From Halarcobacter sp. (GTDB taxonomy: Bacteria > Campylobacterota > Campylobacteria > Campylobacterales > Arcobacteraceae): DNA of 64,000 bases. A program made the position numbers and the translations under genes. The notes beneath the pieces are model-generated. The model did no database searches, was not told where the DNA came from, and was given only the letters and a program-made list of their open reading frames with translations. Of this stretch, positions 20,171 through 29,689 are shown one piece after another (the stretch's first letter is position 1; each line of letters opens with the position of its first letter). The stretch is taken from contig OY781089.1 in assembly GCA_963676565.1 (NCBI GenBank), positions 2,304,001-2,368,000 on the forward strand. Direction: 5' to 3'.

Positions 20171-21197
20171 CAATATTTTAGACCCACTTAAAACTTCAAG
20201 CTATGATTACTCTTTACCTAAAGAGCTCATAGCTACACATCCTGTCCATCCCGCTGATAGTGCTAGACTATTAGTTTATAATAGAAAAACAGACTCTATA
20301 ACCCACACAACTTTTAAAAATCTTATGGAGTATTTACCTGAAGATATTTCTGTTTTTTTAAATGATACAAAGGTTATAAAAGCAAGGATTTATGGTTCAA
20401 AAGAATCTGGTGGAAAGGTTGAATTATTATTTAATAAACCTTTATTTATGGATAGATATTTAGTGATGATTAGAGGAAAAGTAAAAGTTGGAAATAAACT
20501 TTTCTTTGATAAAAATCTATGTGCTGAAGTTTTAGAAGTGAACGATGATGGAAGTAGAGTTGTAAACTTTTTTCAAGGTGAAAATAAATTAGATTTTCTT
20601 TCTTTAGTGGAGATTTTAAATGAGATTGGACACCTACCCCTTCCTCCTTATATGAATAGAGAAGATGAAGAGAAAGATAATCAAGATTACCAAACACTCT
20701 TTGCTAAAAACTATGGAGCTGTAGCTGCTCCAACTGCATCTTTACATTTTACGCAAGAATTATTAGAAAAAATCAATAATAAGTATCCAGTTAACTATTT
20801 AACACTTCATGTAGGAGCTGGAACTTTTAAACCTGTTGATGCAGAAGATATTCTATCACATCCTATGCATAGTGAATATTTTGAGATAGGGATTGAAGCA
20901 AAAAAAGCTTTAGATGAAGCAAACAAAACTTTAGCAGTAGGAACAACAGTTACAAGAACTGTTGAATACTATGCTAGAACAAATAAAATTCAAGGGGAAT
21001 GTGATTTATTTTTAAATCCATCAAATACACCTATTAAAGTTGATCATTTACTTACAAATTTTCACTTACCAAAATCAACTTTAATTATGTTAATTGCGTC
21101 ATTTATAGGCTTAGAAAAAACCCTTGAAGTTTATGAAGAAGCCTTAAGAGAAAAATATAGATTTTATTCATATGGCGACGGAATGTTAATAATTTAA
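20118..21197 (+). CDS. queA: SAM:tRNA ribosyltransferase-isomerase
   Basis: PLPPY, AAPTASLHF, TLHVGAGTF, TNFHLPKST, YSYGD; real start probably a little downstream (20148 or 20157). Confidence 0.96.
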   Translation: MQKFSTQQLKMIKMKRNNNILDPLKTSSYDYSLPKELIATHPVHPADSARLLVYNRKTDSITHTTFKNLMEYLPEDISVFLNDTKVIKARIYGSKESGGKVELLFNKPLFMDRYLVMIRGKVKVGNKLFFDKNLCAEVLEVNDDGSRVVNFFQGENKLDFLSLVEILNEIGHLPLPPYMNREDEEKDNQDYQTLFAKNYGAVAAPTASLHFTQELLEKINNKYPVNYLTLHVGAGTFKPVDAEDILSHPMHSEYFEIGIEAKKALDEANKTLAVGTTVTRTVEYYARTNKIQGECDLFLNPSNTPIKVDHLLTNFHLPKSTLIMLIASFIGLEKTLEVYEEALREKYRFYSYGDGMLII

Positions 21198-21215
21198 TTT
21201 TGGAGATATTATAAA

Positions 21216-21956
21216 ATGCCTTTTTATGTACTATTTGATACTGAAACAACAGGAAATACTGAAGAAGATAGAGTTATTCAATTTGGAGCTATGATTTTTA
21301 ATCACAAGGGGGAGATTGAATGTTATGATGAACTATGCTCAAGTGATGTAGAAATTAAACTTGAAGCAATGGAAGTTCATAATATTACCCCAGATTTAAT
21401 TGAAAATAAACCAAAAGCTGTAGAAACTTCTTTTTATAAAAGATTAGAAGAATTAAACTCTGCAGAAAACTATATAATTGCACACAATATAAATTTTGAT
21501 ATGGGAATGATTGAAAAAGAGGGATTTGTAAACTCTTATCAGACTATTGATACTTTAAGATGTGCTAAACATCTTTTCCCTGAAATGCCTTACCACAGAT
21601 TACAATATCTAAGATATGCACTTGAATTATATAAACAAGAGCAAAATGAAGCTGCAAAACACAATATTACGATAAAAGCACATGATGCCATCGGTGATGT
21701 TTTAGTTATGAAATTATTTTTATCTAAACTAGTTGGAAAATGTAGAGAAATTTACCCAGATTATAATCCTATGGAAAAACTTGTAGACCTCACGAGAACC
21801 CCTGTTATGGTTAAAACTTTTAGATTTGGTAAATATAAAGGTAAAGATATTGCTGAAGTAGCTCTTGAAGATCCTAGTTATTTAAATTGGATGAGAAGTT
21901 CAATGGAAAACCTTGATGAAGATTTAAAATATACACTTGATAAAGTTTTAGGTTAA
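21216..21956 (+). CDS. DEDDh 3'-5' exonuclease (ExoX-like)
   Basis: DTETTG, AHNINFD, AHDAIGD, C-terminal FGKYKG. Confidence 0.9.
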   Translation: MPFYVLFDTETTGNTEEDRVIQFGAMIFNHKGEIECYDELCSSDVEIKLEAMEVHNITPDLIENKPKAVETSFYKRLEELNSAENYIIAHNINFDMGMIEKEGFVNSYQTIDTLRCAKHLFPEMPYHRLQYLRYALELYKQEQNEAAKHNITIKAHDAIGDVLVMKLFLSKLVGKCREIYPDYNPMEKLVDLTRTPVMVKTFRFGKYKGKDIAEVALEDPSYLNWMRSSMENLDEDLKYTLDKVLG

Positions 21957-22031
21957 TAACAGCTTTTATTCATATAAATTTCATTTTATTTCACTATAAT
22001 TACATATAAATTTTTTAGATGAGGATTAGTT

Positions 22032-23366
22032 GTGAATAAATTTTCACGTATAGGTTTTATTCTCACAGCTGCAGGTTCAGCTGTTGGGTTGGGTAATATA
22101 TGGAGATTTCCCTATATTACAGGAGAATATGGTGGTGGTGCTTTTATCTTAATCTATTTACTTGCCATATTATTTATTGGTTTAACTGTTTTTCTTGCTG
22201 AAGCAGTTATTGGACAAAATGGACAATCTGATGTTTCTACTTCTTTTGTTGCACTTTCAAAAACAAAAAATAAAAACTGGAAATATGCCGGTTTTATGGT
22301 AGCTACAGGATTAATTATCTTATCATTTTATTCTGTTGTTTTAGGTTGGATTTTAGATTACGTGATTAAATCTTTTTATTCACTTCCTTCTGAAGCTAGT
22401 ATTGCAGGTGCAAACTTTGAAAACTTAATTTCAAATGATATTAGCTCTTTAGTTTTTTACCATACGCTTATAGCAGTAACTGTTATTTTTATTGTTTTAA
22501 AGGGTATAAAAGATGGGATAGAAAAAATAAATCTTATTTTAATGCCATTATTAGGATTAATTTTATTTGGTTTATTAATTTATGCCTTTACTCTAGATTC
22601 TTTTTCTCAAGCTGTATCTTTTATGTTTAGTCCTGATTTTTCAAAAATTGATAGTAATGCTCTGCTTGCAGCTTTAGGACAAGCATTTTTTACTCTATCC
22701 CTTGGAGTTGGAACAATTTTAACCTATTCTGCTTCTTTACCTAAAGATGCGAATATTGTTAAATCATCATTTATAGTAGCCTCTGTTGATACAATAATTG
22801 CTTTAATCGCAGGATTAATAATCTTCACATTTCTTTTTACAGCTGGAGCAAAAAGTGCAGCGGGACCTGGACTTGTATTTATTTCACTTCCTGTAATTTT
22901 TTCTTCTTGGGGAGTATTAGGAAATATTATTGCAGTTTCATTTTTTATTGCTTTAGTATTTGCAGGTATTACTTCTGCTGTATCTATGATAGAACCATCA
23001 CTTAGATTTTTTATTGAAAGATTTAAAATATCTAGAGCAAAAGCAACAATACTTTGTGGAACAATTTTTTATCTTCTAGGTATTATTGCCCTACTTTCAA
23101 TGTCAAAATCTTTTGGTGCAGAACTTACTTTCTTTGGTAAAAATGCCTTTGATATTATGGATTTTACAAGTTCATCAATTATGATGCCTATTGCTGCAAT
23201 TATGATTTGTATCTTCTTGGGTTATTTTGTTGAAAAAAAGATTTTGGAAGAGAAATTCACAAAACATACAAGTCTAACAATATTTAGTATCTGGTACTTT
23301 CTTATTAGATATATAGTTCCCGTTGCAATTATCATATTATTCTTAAATAAATTAGGAGCTATCTAA
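22032..23366 (+). CDS. SNF/NSS family sodium-dependent transporter
   Basis: GSAVGLGNIWRFP, QAFFTLSLG, GPGLVF. Confidence 0.95.
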   Translation: MNKFSRIGFILTAAGSAVGLGNIWRFPYITGEYGGGAFILIYLLAILFIGLTVFLAEAVIGQNGQSDVSTSFVALSKTKNKNWKYAGFMVATGLIILSFYSVVLGWILDYVIKSFYSLPSEASIAGANFENLISNDISSLVFYHTLIAVTVIFIVLKGIKDGIEKINLILMPLLGLILFGLLIYAFTLDSFSQAVSFMFSPDFSKIDSNALLAALGQAFFTLSLGVGTILTYSASLPKDANIVKSSFIVASVDTIIALIAGLIIFTFLFTAGAKSAAGPGLVFISLPVIFSSWGVLGNIIAVSFFIALVFAGITSAVSMIEPSLRFFIERFKISRAKATILCGTIFYLLGIIALLSMSKSFGAELTFFGKNAFDIMDFTSSSIMMPIAAIMICIFLGYFVEKKILEEKFTKHTSLTIFSIWYFLIRYIVPVAIIILFLNKLGAI

Positions 23367-24710
23367 ATGAAAACAAACAGTTTTTCAAGAATCGGATTTA
23401 TATTAGCAGCAGCTGGTTCTGCTGTAGGTCTTGGTAACATATGGAAATTTCCATATGTTACAGGAGAAAATGGTGGTGGAGCCTTTGTAATTTTATATAT
23501 ACTAGCAATTACCTTTATTGGACTTTCAATTTTTATTGCAGAATCATATATTGGAAAGGAAGCAAAAGCAAATGCTGCTGCTTCATATGAAGTTATTTCT
23601 AAGACAAAAAATAAAAATTGGAGATGGGCAGGTTTTCAAATCTTTGCAGGTATTATAATTTTATCTTTCTATGCATTTATTATTGGCTGGATTCTTGAGT
23701 ATCTAATTATAAGTGTTACAGGACTTCCAACTACAATAAAAGAAGCCGAAGATACTTTTACAAATCTTATTACGCAAAAAATCGGTACTCAAATATTATT
23801 TCATACCTTAGTTGTTGCAACTATGGTTTTTATTGCTTTGAAGGGTATTAAAGCTGGTATTGAAAAACTTAATTTAATACTTATGCCTTTACTTGCTTTA
23901 ATTTTATTTGGATTATTAATCTATTCTATGAGTCTTGATTCATTTGGTAAAGCAATAAACTTTATGTTTATGCCTGATTGGTCAAAGGTTACTGTTGATT
24001 CTATCTTAGCAGCTATTGGACAAGCATTTTTTACACTATCTCTTGGTATGGGTATTATAATAACTTATTCTGCATCAATGGGAAAAGATACAAACTTTAT
24101 TAAATCATCTGTTTTTGTAGCTGTTGTTGATACTGCTGTTGCATTAGTTGCAGGAATTATTATCTTCTCATTTTTATTTGCTGCTGGAGCTAAAAGTACT
24201 GCTGGTCCAGGACTTGTATTTATCTCTTTACCTTTAATCTTTTCTGAGTGGGGAGTTTTTGGACAGGTTATTGCAGTTGCTTTTTTCTGTGCCTTATTAT
24301 TTGCAGGGATTACGTCAGCTGTTTCTCTAGTTGAGCCATCAGTAAGATATCTAATTGAAAAATTCCAAATGAGTAGAATCAAAGCTGTGTTTTTTACAGC
24401 AACATTTCTTTGGATTCTAGGAATTTTTGCATTATTATCTATGAGTGCTGATTATGGTGAAATATTAACCTTCTTTGGTAAAAGCTTATTTGATCATATG
24501 GATTATCTAACCTCTTCTGTTGCTCTTCCAATCTCTGGTTTTGTAACTTGTATCTTCTTAGGATATTTTGTTGATAAAAATATTTTAAAAACTAAATTTA
24601 CTTCAGTTACTAGTGTAGTTGTATTTAATATTTGGTATACATTAATTAGATATATAGTTCCAATTGCAATTGCTTTACTATTTTTTAATAAACTAGGATT
24701 AATTGGTTAA
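23367..24710 (+). CDS. SNF/NSS family sodium-dependent transporter (tandem paralog)
   Basis: GSAVGLGNIWKFP, QAFFTLSLG, GPGLVF. Confidence 0.95.
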   Translation: MKTNSFSRIGFILAAAGSAVGLGNIWKFPYVTGENGGGAFVILYILAITFIGLSIFIAESYIGKEAKANAAASYEVISKTKNKNWRWAGFQIFAGIIILSFYAFIIGWILEYLIISVTGLPTTIKEAEDTFTNLITQKIGTQILFHTLVVATMVFIALKGIKAGIEKLNLILMPLLALILFGLLIYSMSLDSFGKAINFMFMPDWSKVTVDSILAAIGQAFFTLSLGMGIIITYSASMGKDTNFIKSSVFVAVVDTAVALVAGIIIFSFLFAAGAKSTAGPGLVFISLPLIFSEWGVFGQVIAVAFFCALLFAGITSAVSLVEPSVRYLIEKFQMSRIKAVFFTATFLWILGIFALLSMSADYGEILTFFGKSLFDHMDYLTSSVALPISGFVTCIFLGYFVDKNILKTKFTSVTSVVVFNIWYTLIRYIVPIAIALLFFNKLGLIG

Positions 24711-24720
24711 TATAAAACCA

Positions 24721-24756
24721 TTATCAACTGTGAACTTAAAAGTTTACAGTTGATAA
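24721..24756. terminator. Hairpin between convergent genes, probable intrinsic terminator
   Basis: TTATCAACTGTGAACT-TAAA-AGTTTACAGTTGATAA, 16-bp stem with one G-U. Confidence 0.75.
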
Positions 24757-24761
24757 AACAT

Positions 24762-24959
24762 TTAAAACAAAGCTTTATCTAATCTATAAAGCAACTTATT
24801 TGACTGTTTTTCAATCTTTTCCTGTGTATCTTTTATATCAATAAACATCAAAGCAATAAATAAAACTGCTAATGCACTACCAACTGACCAAAAAACTAAA
24901 CTACCATATAAAAAGTAAAGAATAGTACCTAAAGTGATTGTAAATAAAAAGTTTCCCAT
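24762..24959 (-). CDS. Small membrane protein
   Basis: AAGGA SD, two hydrophobic helices. Confidence 0.65.
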   Translation of the reverse strand: MGNFLFTITLGTILYFLYGSLVFWSVGSALAVLFIALMFIDIKDTQEKIEKQSNKLLYRLDKALF

Positions 24960-25115
24960 GATGTTTCCTTTTTTTGATTTTAAACATTATGAGGTATAAA
25001 GTAGACAAGATAATGTCCGAAAAATTATAAATTTTTATTTTTTTCCTTTACATTTGATTAATTTTATGTTACTATAAATGAATAAAAGTAATAAAATATA
25101 GTGAAAGGATAGAAA

Positions 25116-25238
25116 ATGAACTATTATTCAATACAACTAAATGGCAATTATATTACTAGTAAAAAAGACTCTAGTAAAATTCTTATTAGCTCAATAGCAA
25201 TAATAAGTGTTATTGTTTTAGTGGTGTCAACATTCTAA
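25116..25238 (+). CDS. 40-aa small protein with C-terminal TM helix (not in ORF track)
   Basis: MNYYSIQLNGNYITSKKDSSKILISSIAIISVIVLVVSTF*, AAGGA SD 6 nt upstream. Confidence 0.55.
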   Translation: MNYYSIQLNGNYITSKKDSSKILISSIAIISVIVLVVSTF

Positions 25239-25244
25239 GGAATA

Positions 25245-25412
25245 TAAGAGGAGCCATTGGGAAAGTTGAAGCTCCTCTTACAAGTAAAGTAAGTATTATG
25301 ACGCGAATCACACTGAGTATTTTTATTTGGTTTCAATAGGAAATATAGGGACGAGAAACGAACAAATACTTCAGCATCAAATAGTATTAAATATTGGTGA
25401 CTACTTAGTTAC
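25245..25412. ncRNA. Candidate structured RNA (strand uncertain)
   Basis: Perfect 10-bp stem 25245-54/25271-80 plus a long nested hairpin 25284-25412; richer in G+C than its surroundings. Confidence 0.4.
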
Positions 25413-25427
25413 AAAAAAGAATAAATG

Positions 25428-26111
25428 TTATTCTCTTCTTAAAATTTTATCATTTAGAAAGTTTGCTAAGAAGTTTACTTTAAACTCCTCTTTCATTTTT
25501 TTAAGATTCGCTACTTCTCTTGACCAAGTGATTAAATCTATATTAGGGTTATCTTGTTTATATTTAGTAAATTGTTCAAAATAATAATCGCTTCTACCTG
25601 CTTTTGAGTACTTAACATGTCCAAATGGTAAAAATTTTAATTGATTTGTATCTTTTATATCTCTTTTTTCAATAAAGTATTGGTACAAAGTACAAAAAAT
25701 TCCTGTTCTATCAGCACCTGCTTTACAATGAATCAATGTAGGATTTTCCATCTCTTCTTCCATAATTCTTTTATACTCCAAAAGTTCTTTAGTTGTAGGC
25801 ATCTCCCTTGAACGAATATTTACATTAATAAGTTTTAACCCCAGTTTTCTACACTTTTCCTCTTCAAATAAAAAATATGCACTTTTTCTATTTTCTGATT
25901 TTAAATTAATAACAGTTTTTATTCCATATTTATTTTTTAACTCTTCAAGTTTCTTCATAGTAGGTTGCCCTGAACGATATACGCCATTAGAAACTTTATG
26001 AAAATTAAACCTAAAGTAGTTTGTAAAATTATGGTCTTCAAAAAACATTGAATAAAACCATGCTATCTTTCTATCATATCTATCTTCTAAATCAAATCTA
26101 AGAGTTTGCAT
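25428..26111 (-). CDS. Tyrosine/dual-specificity phosphatase family protein
   Basis: YRSGQP, HCKAGADRTG (CX5R). Confidence 0.9.
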   Translation of the reverse strand: MQTLRFDLEDRYDRKIAWFYSMFFEDHNFTNYFRFNFHKVSNGVYRSGQPTMKKLEELKNKYGIKTVINLKSENRKSAYFLFEEEKCRKLGLKLINVNIRSREMPTTKELLEYKRIMEEEMENPTLIHCKAGADRTGIFCTLYQYFIEKRDIKDTNQLKFLPFGHVKYSKAGRSDYYFEQFTKYKQDNPNIDLITWSREVANLKKMKEEFKVNFLANFLNDKILRRE

Positions 26112-26233
26112 ATAATTCCTTCTTAACTAAATCTTTATATTTTAGATTTATATGATTTCATTTTAGCGACAGTAATTAAGAATTTCTAAAAGTATTTCTT
26201 GGCTAAACTTTAAAAAAATAAAATAGGTTTAAT

Positions 26234-27781
26234 TTGAGCAGGTATTTAAAACATAAATATTACAACTTTACAATTCTTTTAATTTTTTCTTTTTTTGCTC
26301 TTCTTTTACCAATTGCAAATATTCCTTTATTTGATTTAGATGAAGGAGCTTTTAGTGAAGCTACAAGGGAGATGTTATTAAATAAAAACTTTCTTACCAC
26401 ATATTTAAATGGTGAATTAAGATTTGACAAACCAATACTTATATATTGGTTTCAAGCATTAAGTGTTTCTATTTTTGGATTAAATGAATTTGCATTAAGA
26501 ATTCCAAGTGTATTATCCTCACTTATATGGTTAAGTGCAATATATATTTTTACTAATAAATATTTTAGTGAAAAAATTGCGTTATTTGCAAGTATAATTT
26601 TTTTATCTACACTACAAACAAATATTATTACAAAAGCTGCAACAGCGGATGCTTTGTTAAATATGTTTATAGTTTTAAATATGTTTAGTTTTTATAACTA
26701 TTTTAAAACAAAAAAAATCAACTTTTTATACTTTACCTTTGCCTTTATTGCTTTAGGAGTTTTAACAAAAGGTCCTGTGGCAATTTTGATTCCACTAGCT
26801 TGTACCTTTTTCTTCTTTTTACTTAAAAGAGAACTTTTATTTTGGATAAAATCTGTATTCAATATAAAAGGGATATTGATTTTTTTAATTATTGCTTTAC
26901 CTTGGTATATCTTAGAATATCTTGAACAAGGGCAACTTTTTATTGATGGTTTTTTTCTAAAACATAATCTTTCTAGATTTAACTCCACTTTTGAAGGGCA
27001 TTCAGGCTCATACTTTTATTTTGTACCTGTATTAATTTTTGGATTATTACCATTTTCAAGTTTAGTTATAAAAACACTTACAAAAATAAAAACTTTTTTC
27101 ACTAATGATTTAAATCTTTTTCTTTTTATTTGGTTTATTTTTGTTTTTATATTCTTTTCATTTTCAAACACTAAACTTCCACACTATATAGTTTATGGTT
27201 ATACACCACTTTTTATTTTAATGGCAATGACATTTAATAAATACTTAGAACAACAAGACAAACAAGTTTTTCTAGTACTATTTTTACCACTTTTATTTTT
27301 CTTAATGCTTTTTCTGTTTTTACCTAACTTGTTACAAATAATTCCTATAAAAGATAAATTTGTTAATTCAATACAAAATGAGATTATTGAAGTTTTAGAT
27401 ATATACTTTCAAACAAAACTATTCATTCTAATTATTGTGACTTTTTTTATTTATAAAATAAAACATTTTAAACTTGAAGATAAATTCTTACTAATAAGTT
27501 TTATTTTTATAATTTCAATAAATTATATAGTTATACCAACTGTAGCAAAAATCCAGCAAGAGCCAATAAAAAATTTAGCTTTATATGCAAAAGAAAAAAA
27601 ATTAAAAATTAATATGTATAAAATGAATAATCCAAGTTTTAATGTATACTCCAAAAGTTTAGTAAGAAGAGGTGCCCCTAAAAAAGGTGAATATATTTTA
27701 ACCAAAAAGATTTATTTAAAAGATTTTAATATTTATACAGTAGTAAAAGAAGAAATGGGGATTGTACTGATTAAATATTAG
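26234..27781 (+). CDS. ArnT-family (GT83/GT39) glycosyltransferase
   Basis: DEG..EATREM, RFDKP, LTKGP, KLPHY; many TM helices. Confidence 0.9.
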   Translation: MSRYLKHKYYNFTILLIFSFFALLLPIANIPLFDLDEGAFSEATREMLLNKNFLTTYLNGELRFDKPILIYWFQALSVSIFGLNEFALRIPSVLSSLIWLSAIYIFTNKYFSEKIALFASIIFLSTLQTNIITKAATADALLNMFIVLNMFSFYNYFKTKKINFLYFTFAFIALGVLTKGPVAILIPLACTFFFFLLKRELLFWIKSVFNIKGILIFLIIALPWYILEYLEQGQLFIDGFFLKHNLSRFNSTFEGHSGSYFYFVPVLIFGLLPFSSLVIKTLTKIKTFFTNDLNLFLFIWFIFVFIFFSFSNTKLPHYIVYGYTPLFILMAMTFNKYLEQQDKQVFLVLFLPLLFFLMLFLFLPNLLQIIPIKDKFVNSIQNEIIEVLDIYFQTKLFILIIVTFFIYKIKHFKLEDKFLLISFIFIISINYIVIPTVAKIQQEPIKNLALYAKEKKLKINMYKMNNPSFNVYSKSLVRRGAPKKGEYILTKKIYLKDFNIYTVVKEEMGIVLIKY

Positions 27782-27879
27782 TACATTTTTTGTACATAAC
27801 TGTATATATTATATTACTATAAATATTTCTTGGGTAAAATTCATTGAACGAATGTTCAGACAATATTTGGAGATGCAAA

Positions 27880-28080
27880 ATGCCATATGTAAAATTACTA
27901 AAAGAACTTAATATATCATGTTTTTCATTTGATGAAAAACAAAGAATTATCAAAAAAGTATCAACTGAAAAAACATCTTATACTTCTACAGCAGAAAATA
28001 TAAAATTAATTAGAGGATTAAAAGAAAATAATCTTAAATTTAAAGAAACAAAAGAAGGTCATTTAAAAATAGAAGATTAA
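27880..28080 (+). CDS. Hypothetical protein (MPYVKLL...)
   Basis: GGAG SD before ATG at 27880. Confidence 0.55.
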   Translation: MPYVKLLKELNISCFSFDEKQRIIKKVSTEKTSYTSTAENIKLIRGLKENNLKFKETKEGHLKIED

Positions 28081-28086
28081 ACTCTT

Positions 28087-28353
28087 CTATTTTTCAAACT
28101 CTTTCCTCTTAGCAAATCCAACTCCAGGTTTAGTTTTTATAGCTAAGTCAAGTTGGTCTATAAATAACCTATAATCAATGCCTATTATATTCATTTTTGC
28201 AAAGCAAGTAGCAACAACTGCTATTGCATTTGGAATTTGATCTTTTTTCTTATAAGATTGAACATTTTTTTCACTAACTTTAATTAACTTACAAAATTTG
28301 GGTATAGAAATCTCTGCATCAAGTAAACACTTTTTAAATTCTATAAATGTCAT
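28087..28353 (-). CDS. Small XRE-like HTH protein
   Basis: FKK..L..AEISIPKF.KLIKVSEKNV.SY pattern resembles an HTH; AAGGA SD. Confidence 0.55.
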   Translation of the reverse strand: MTFIEFKKCLLDAEISIPKFCKLIKVSEKNVQSYKKKDQIPNAIAVVATCFAKMNIIGIDYRLFIDQLDLAIKTKPGVGFAKRKEFEK

Positions 28354-28477
28354 AAATATCCTTCATATTTAAAAAATAATTATAATTTTAACATTATTTT
28401 ATTTATAATTAAGTTAAAACATATATAATAGTCATAATATATTACTTAATGTAATAAAAAACAAAAAAGGAAGCTAA

Positions 28478-28666
28478 ATGGCAAAAGAATTAAAGAAAAA
28501 AGTGATTGCAAAAGTTGCAAAAAAAGCAGTTAAGAAAGCTGATATCAAAAAGAAAAAGGCACCTGTGGCAATTAAGGCAGTTAAAAAAGCAGTAGCTAAA
28601 AAAGCACCAACTAAAGTAAAGGATGCTAAGAAATTAGCTAAAAAAGCAGTTAAAAAAGCTGCATAA
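28478..28666 (+). CDS. Histone H1-like Lys/Ala-rich small basic protein
   Basis: KKAV/KKAP repeats, AAGGA SD, followed by a terminator. Confidence 0.75.
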   Translation: MAKELKKKVIAKVAKKAVKKADIKKKKAPVAIKAVKKAVAKKAPTKVKDAKKLAKKAVKKAA

Positions 28667-28669
28667 TCA

Positions 28670-28699
28670 TAATATAGGAAGTTAAAACTTCCTATATTA
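28670..28699 (+). terminator. Hairpin terminator after the H1-like gene
   Basis: TAATATAGGAAGT-TAAA-ACTTCCTATATTA, perfect 13-bp stem. Confidence 0.75.
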
Positions 28700-28761
28700 A
28701 TCTCTACTTCCAAAACCACCAAACTAATCTTGATTTTAATTTAAATACAATACACTTTCGT

Positions 28762-29688
28762 ATGAAAAAACATGACTATGATAAAATACTTTTTAGGCTA
28801 AATAGTATTTGGCAAAGACTAAGAGAGGGTGAAGTTCTTTCAGTAAAAGATTTAGCCCAAGAGTTTAATGTATCCACAAAAACAATTCAAAGAGATTTTA
28901 ACGAGCGACTTATTCAAAAACTTCCAATAGAGAAAATTGGACATAAATGGAAAGTAAAAGATGGTCATAGCATAGACAAGAACCTTTCTTTTGAAGAAGA
29001 CTTGATTTTAGATGTATTAAAAGAGTTTGCAAGTTCTATAGGAAGCGGATTTGGAAGTAAGGCGAATTCACTATTTTCAAAGTTGCAAAATACCCATGAA
29101 AACCCAATATATAGTAAAATAGAGATAGAAGATATTTCTGAAAAAACTCAACTTATAAAGCAACTCCAAGAAGCAATAATCTCCTTAAAGCAAATAAATT
29201 TCCAATTTAAAAATAAATATAGAACTTTAGAACCATATAAAATCACAACCTTTGATGGGTATTGGTATCTTTTTGGAAAAGATTTAAAAGACAATAAACT
29301 TAAAACATTTTATATCAAAGATATAAATAATTTAGTTGTAGAAGATATTAGTTTCAAAAAAAATCTTAAGGCACTTAAAAAGCTTGATTTAGCAATTAAT
29401 ATTTGGTTTGAACCAAATAATGATATTTTTGAAGTAAGATTACTTGCAAAAGAAGATATAGCAAAATACTTTAAAAGAAGACCCCTTTCAAAGTCTCAAT
29501 TAATTATAAAAGAACATAAAGATAAATCAATTGAGATTTTATTAACTGCTACATCAAAAAAAGAGTTGATTTATGAATTAAAAAAATGGCAACCAAATTT
29601 GTTAGTTATTGAACCAACAAATTTAGCTAAAGAGATGTTAGAGATTTCAAAAAGCTATTACGATGAGCAATTAGCTTTAATAGGTTAA
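28762..29688 (+). CDS. HTH-WYL domain transcriptional regulator
   Basis: LAQEFNVSTKTIQRD HTH; EPYKI...YWYL; WCX-like C-terminus. Confidence 0.92.
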   Translation: MKKHDYDKILFRLNSIWQRLREGEVLSVKDLAQEFNVSTKTIQRDFNERLIQKLPIEKIGHKWKVKDGHSIDKNLSFEEDLILDVLKEFASSIGSGFGSKANSLFSKLQNTHENPIYSKIEIEDISEKTQLIKQLQEAIISLKQINFQFKNKYRTLEPYKITTFDGYWYLFGKDLKDNKLKTFYIKDINNLVVEDISFKKNLKALKKLDLAINIWFEPNNDIFEVRLLAKEDIAKYFKRRPLSKSQLIIKEHKDKSIEILLTATSKKELIYELKKWQPNLLVIEPTNLAKEMLEISKSYYDEQLALIG

Positions 29689-29689
29689 A

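Noticed and set aside
22032..24710. Tandem SNF transporter duplication as a novelty
   Set aside because: Diverged paralog pair, a common arrangement in Campylobacterota
25284..25412. Assignment as 6S RNA
   Set aside because: Rod-with-bubble shape is suggestive, but it is short (~130 nt) and I cannot recognise 6S consensus; left as an unassigned candidate
25327..25584. 85-aa plus-strand ORF
   Set aside because: Overlaps the phosphatase gene antisense and the structured region; no convincing SD
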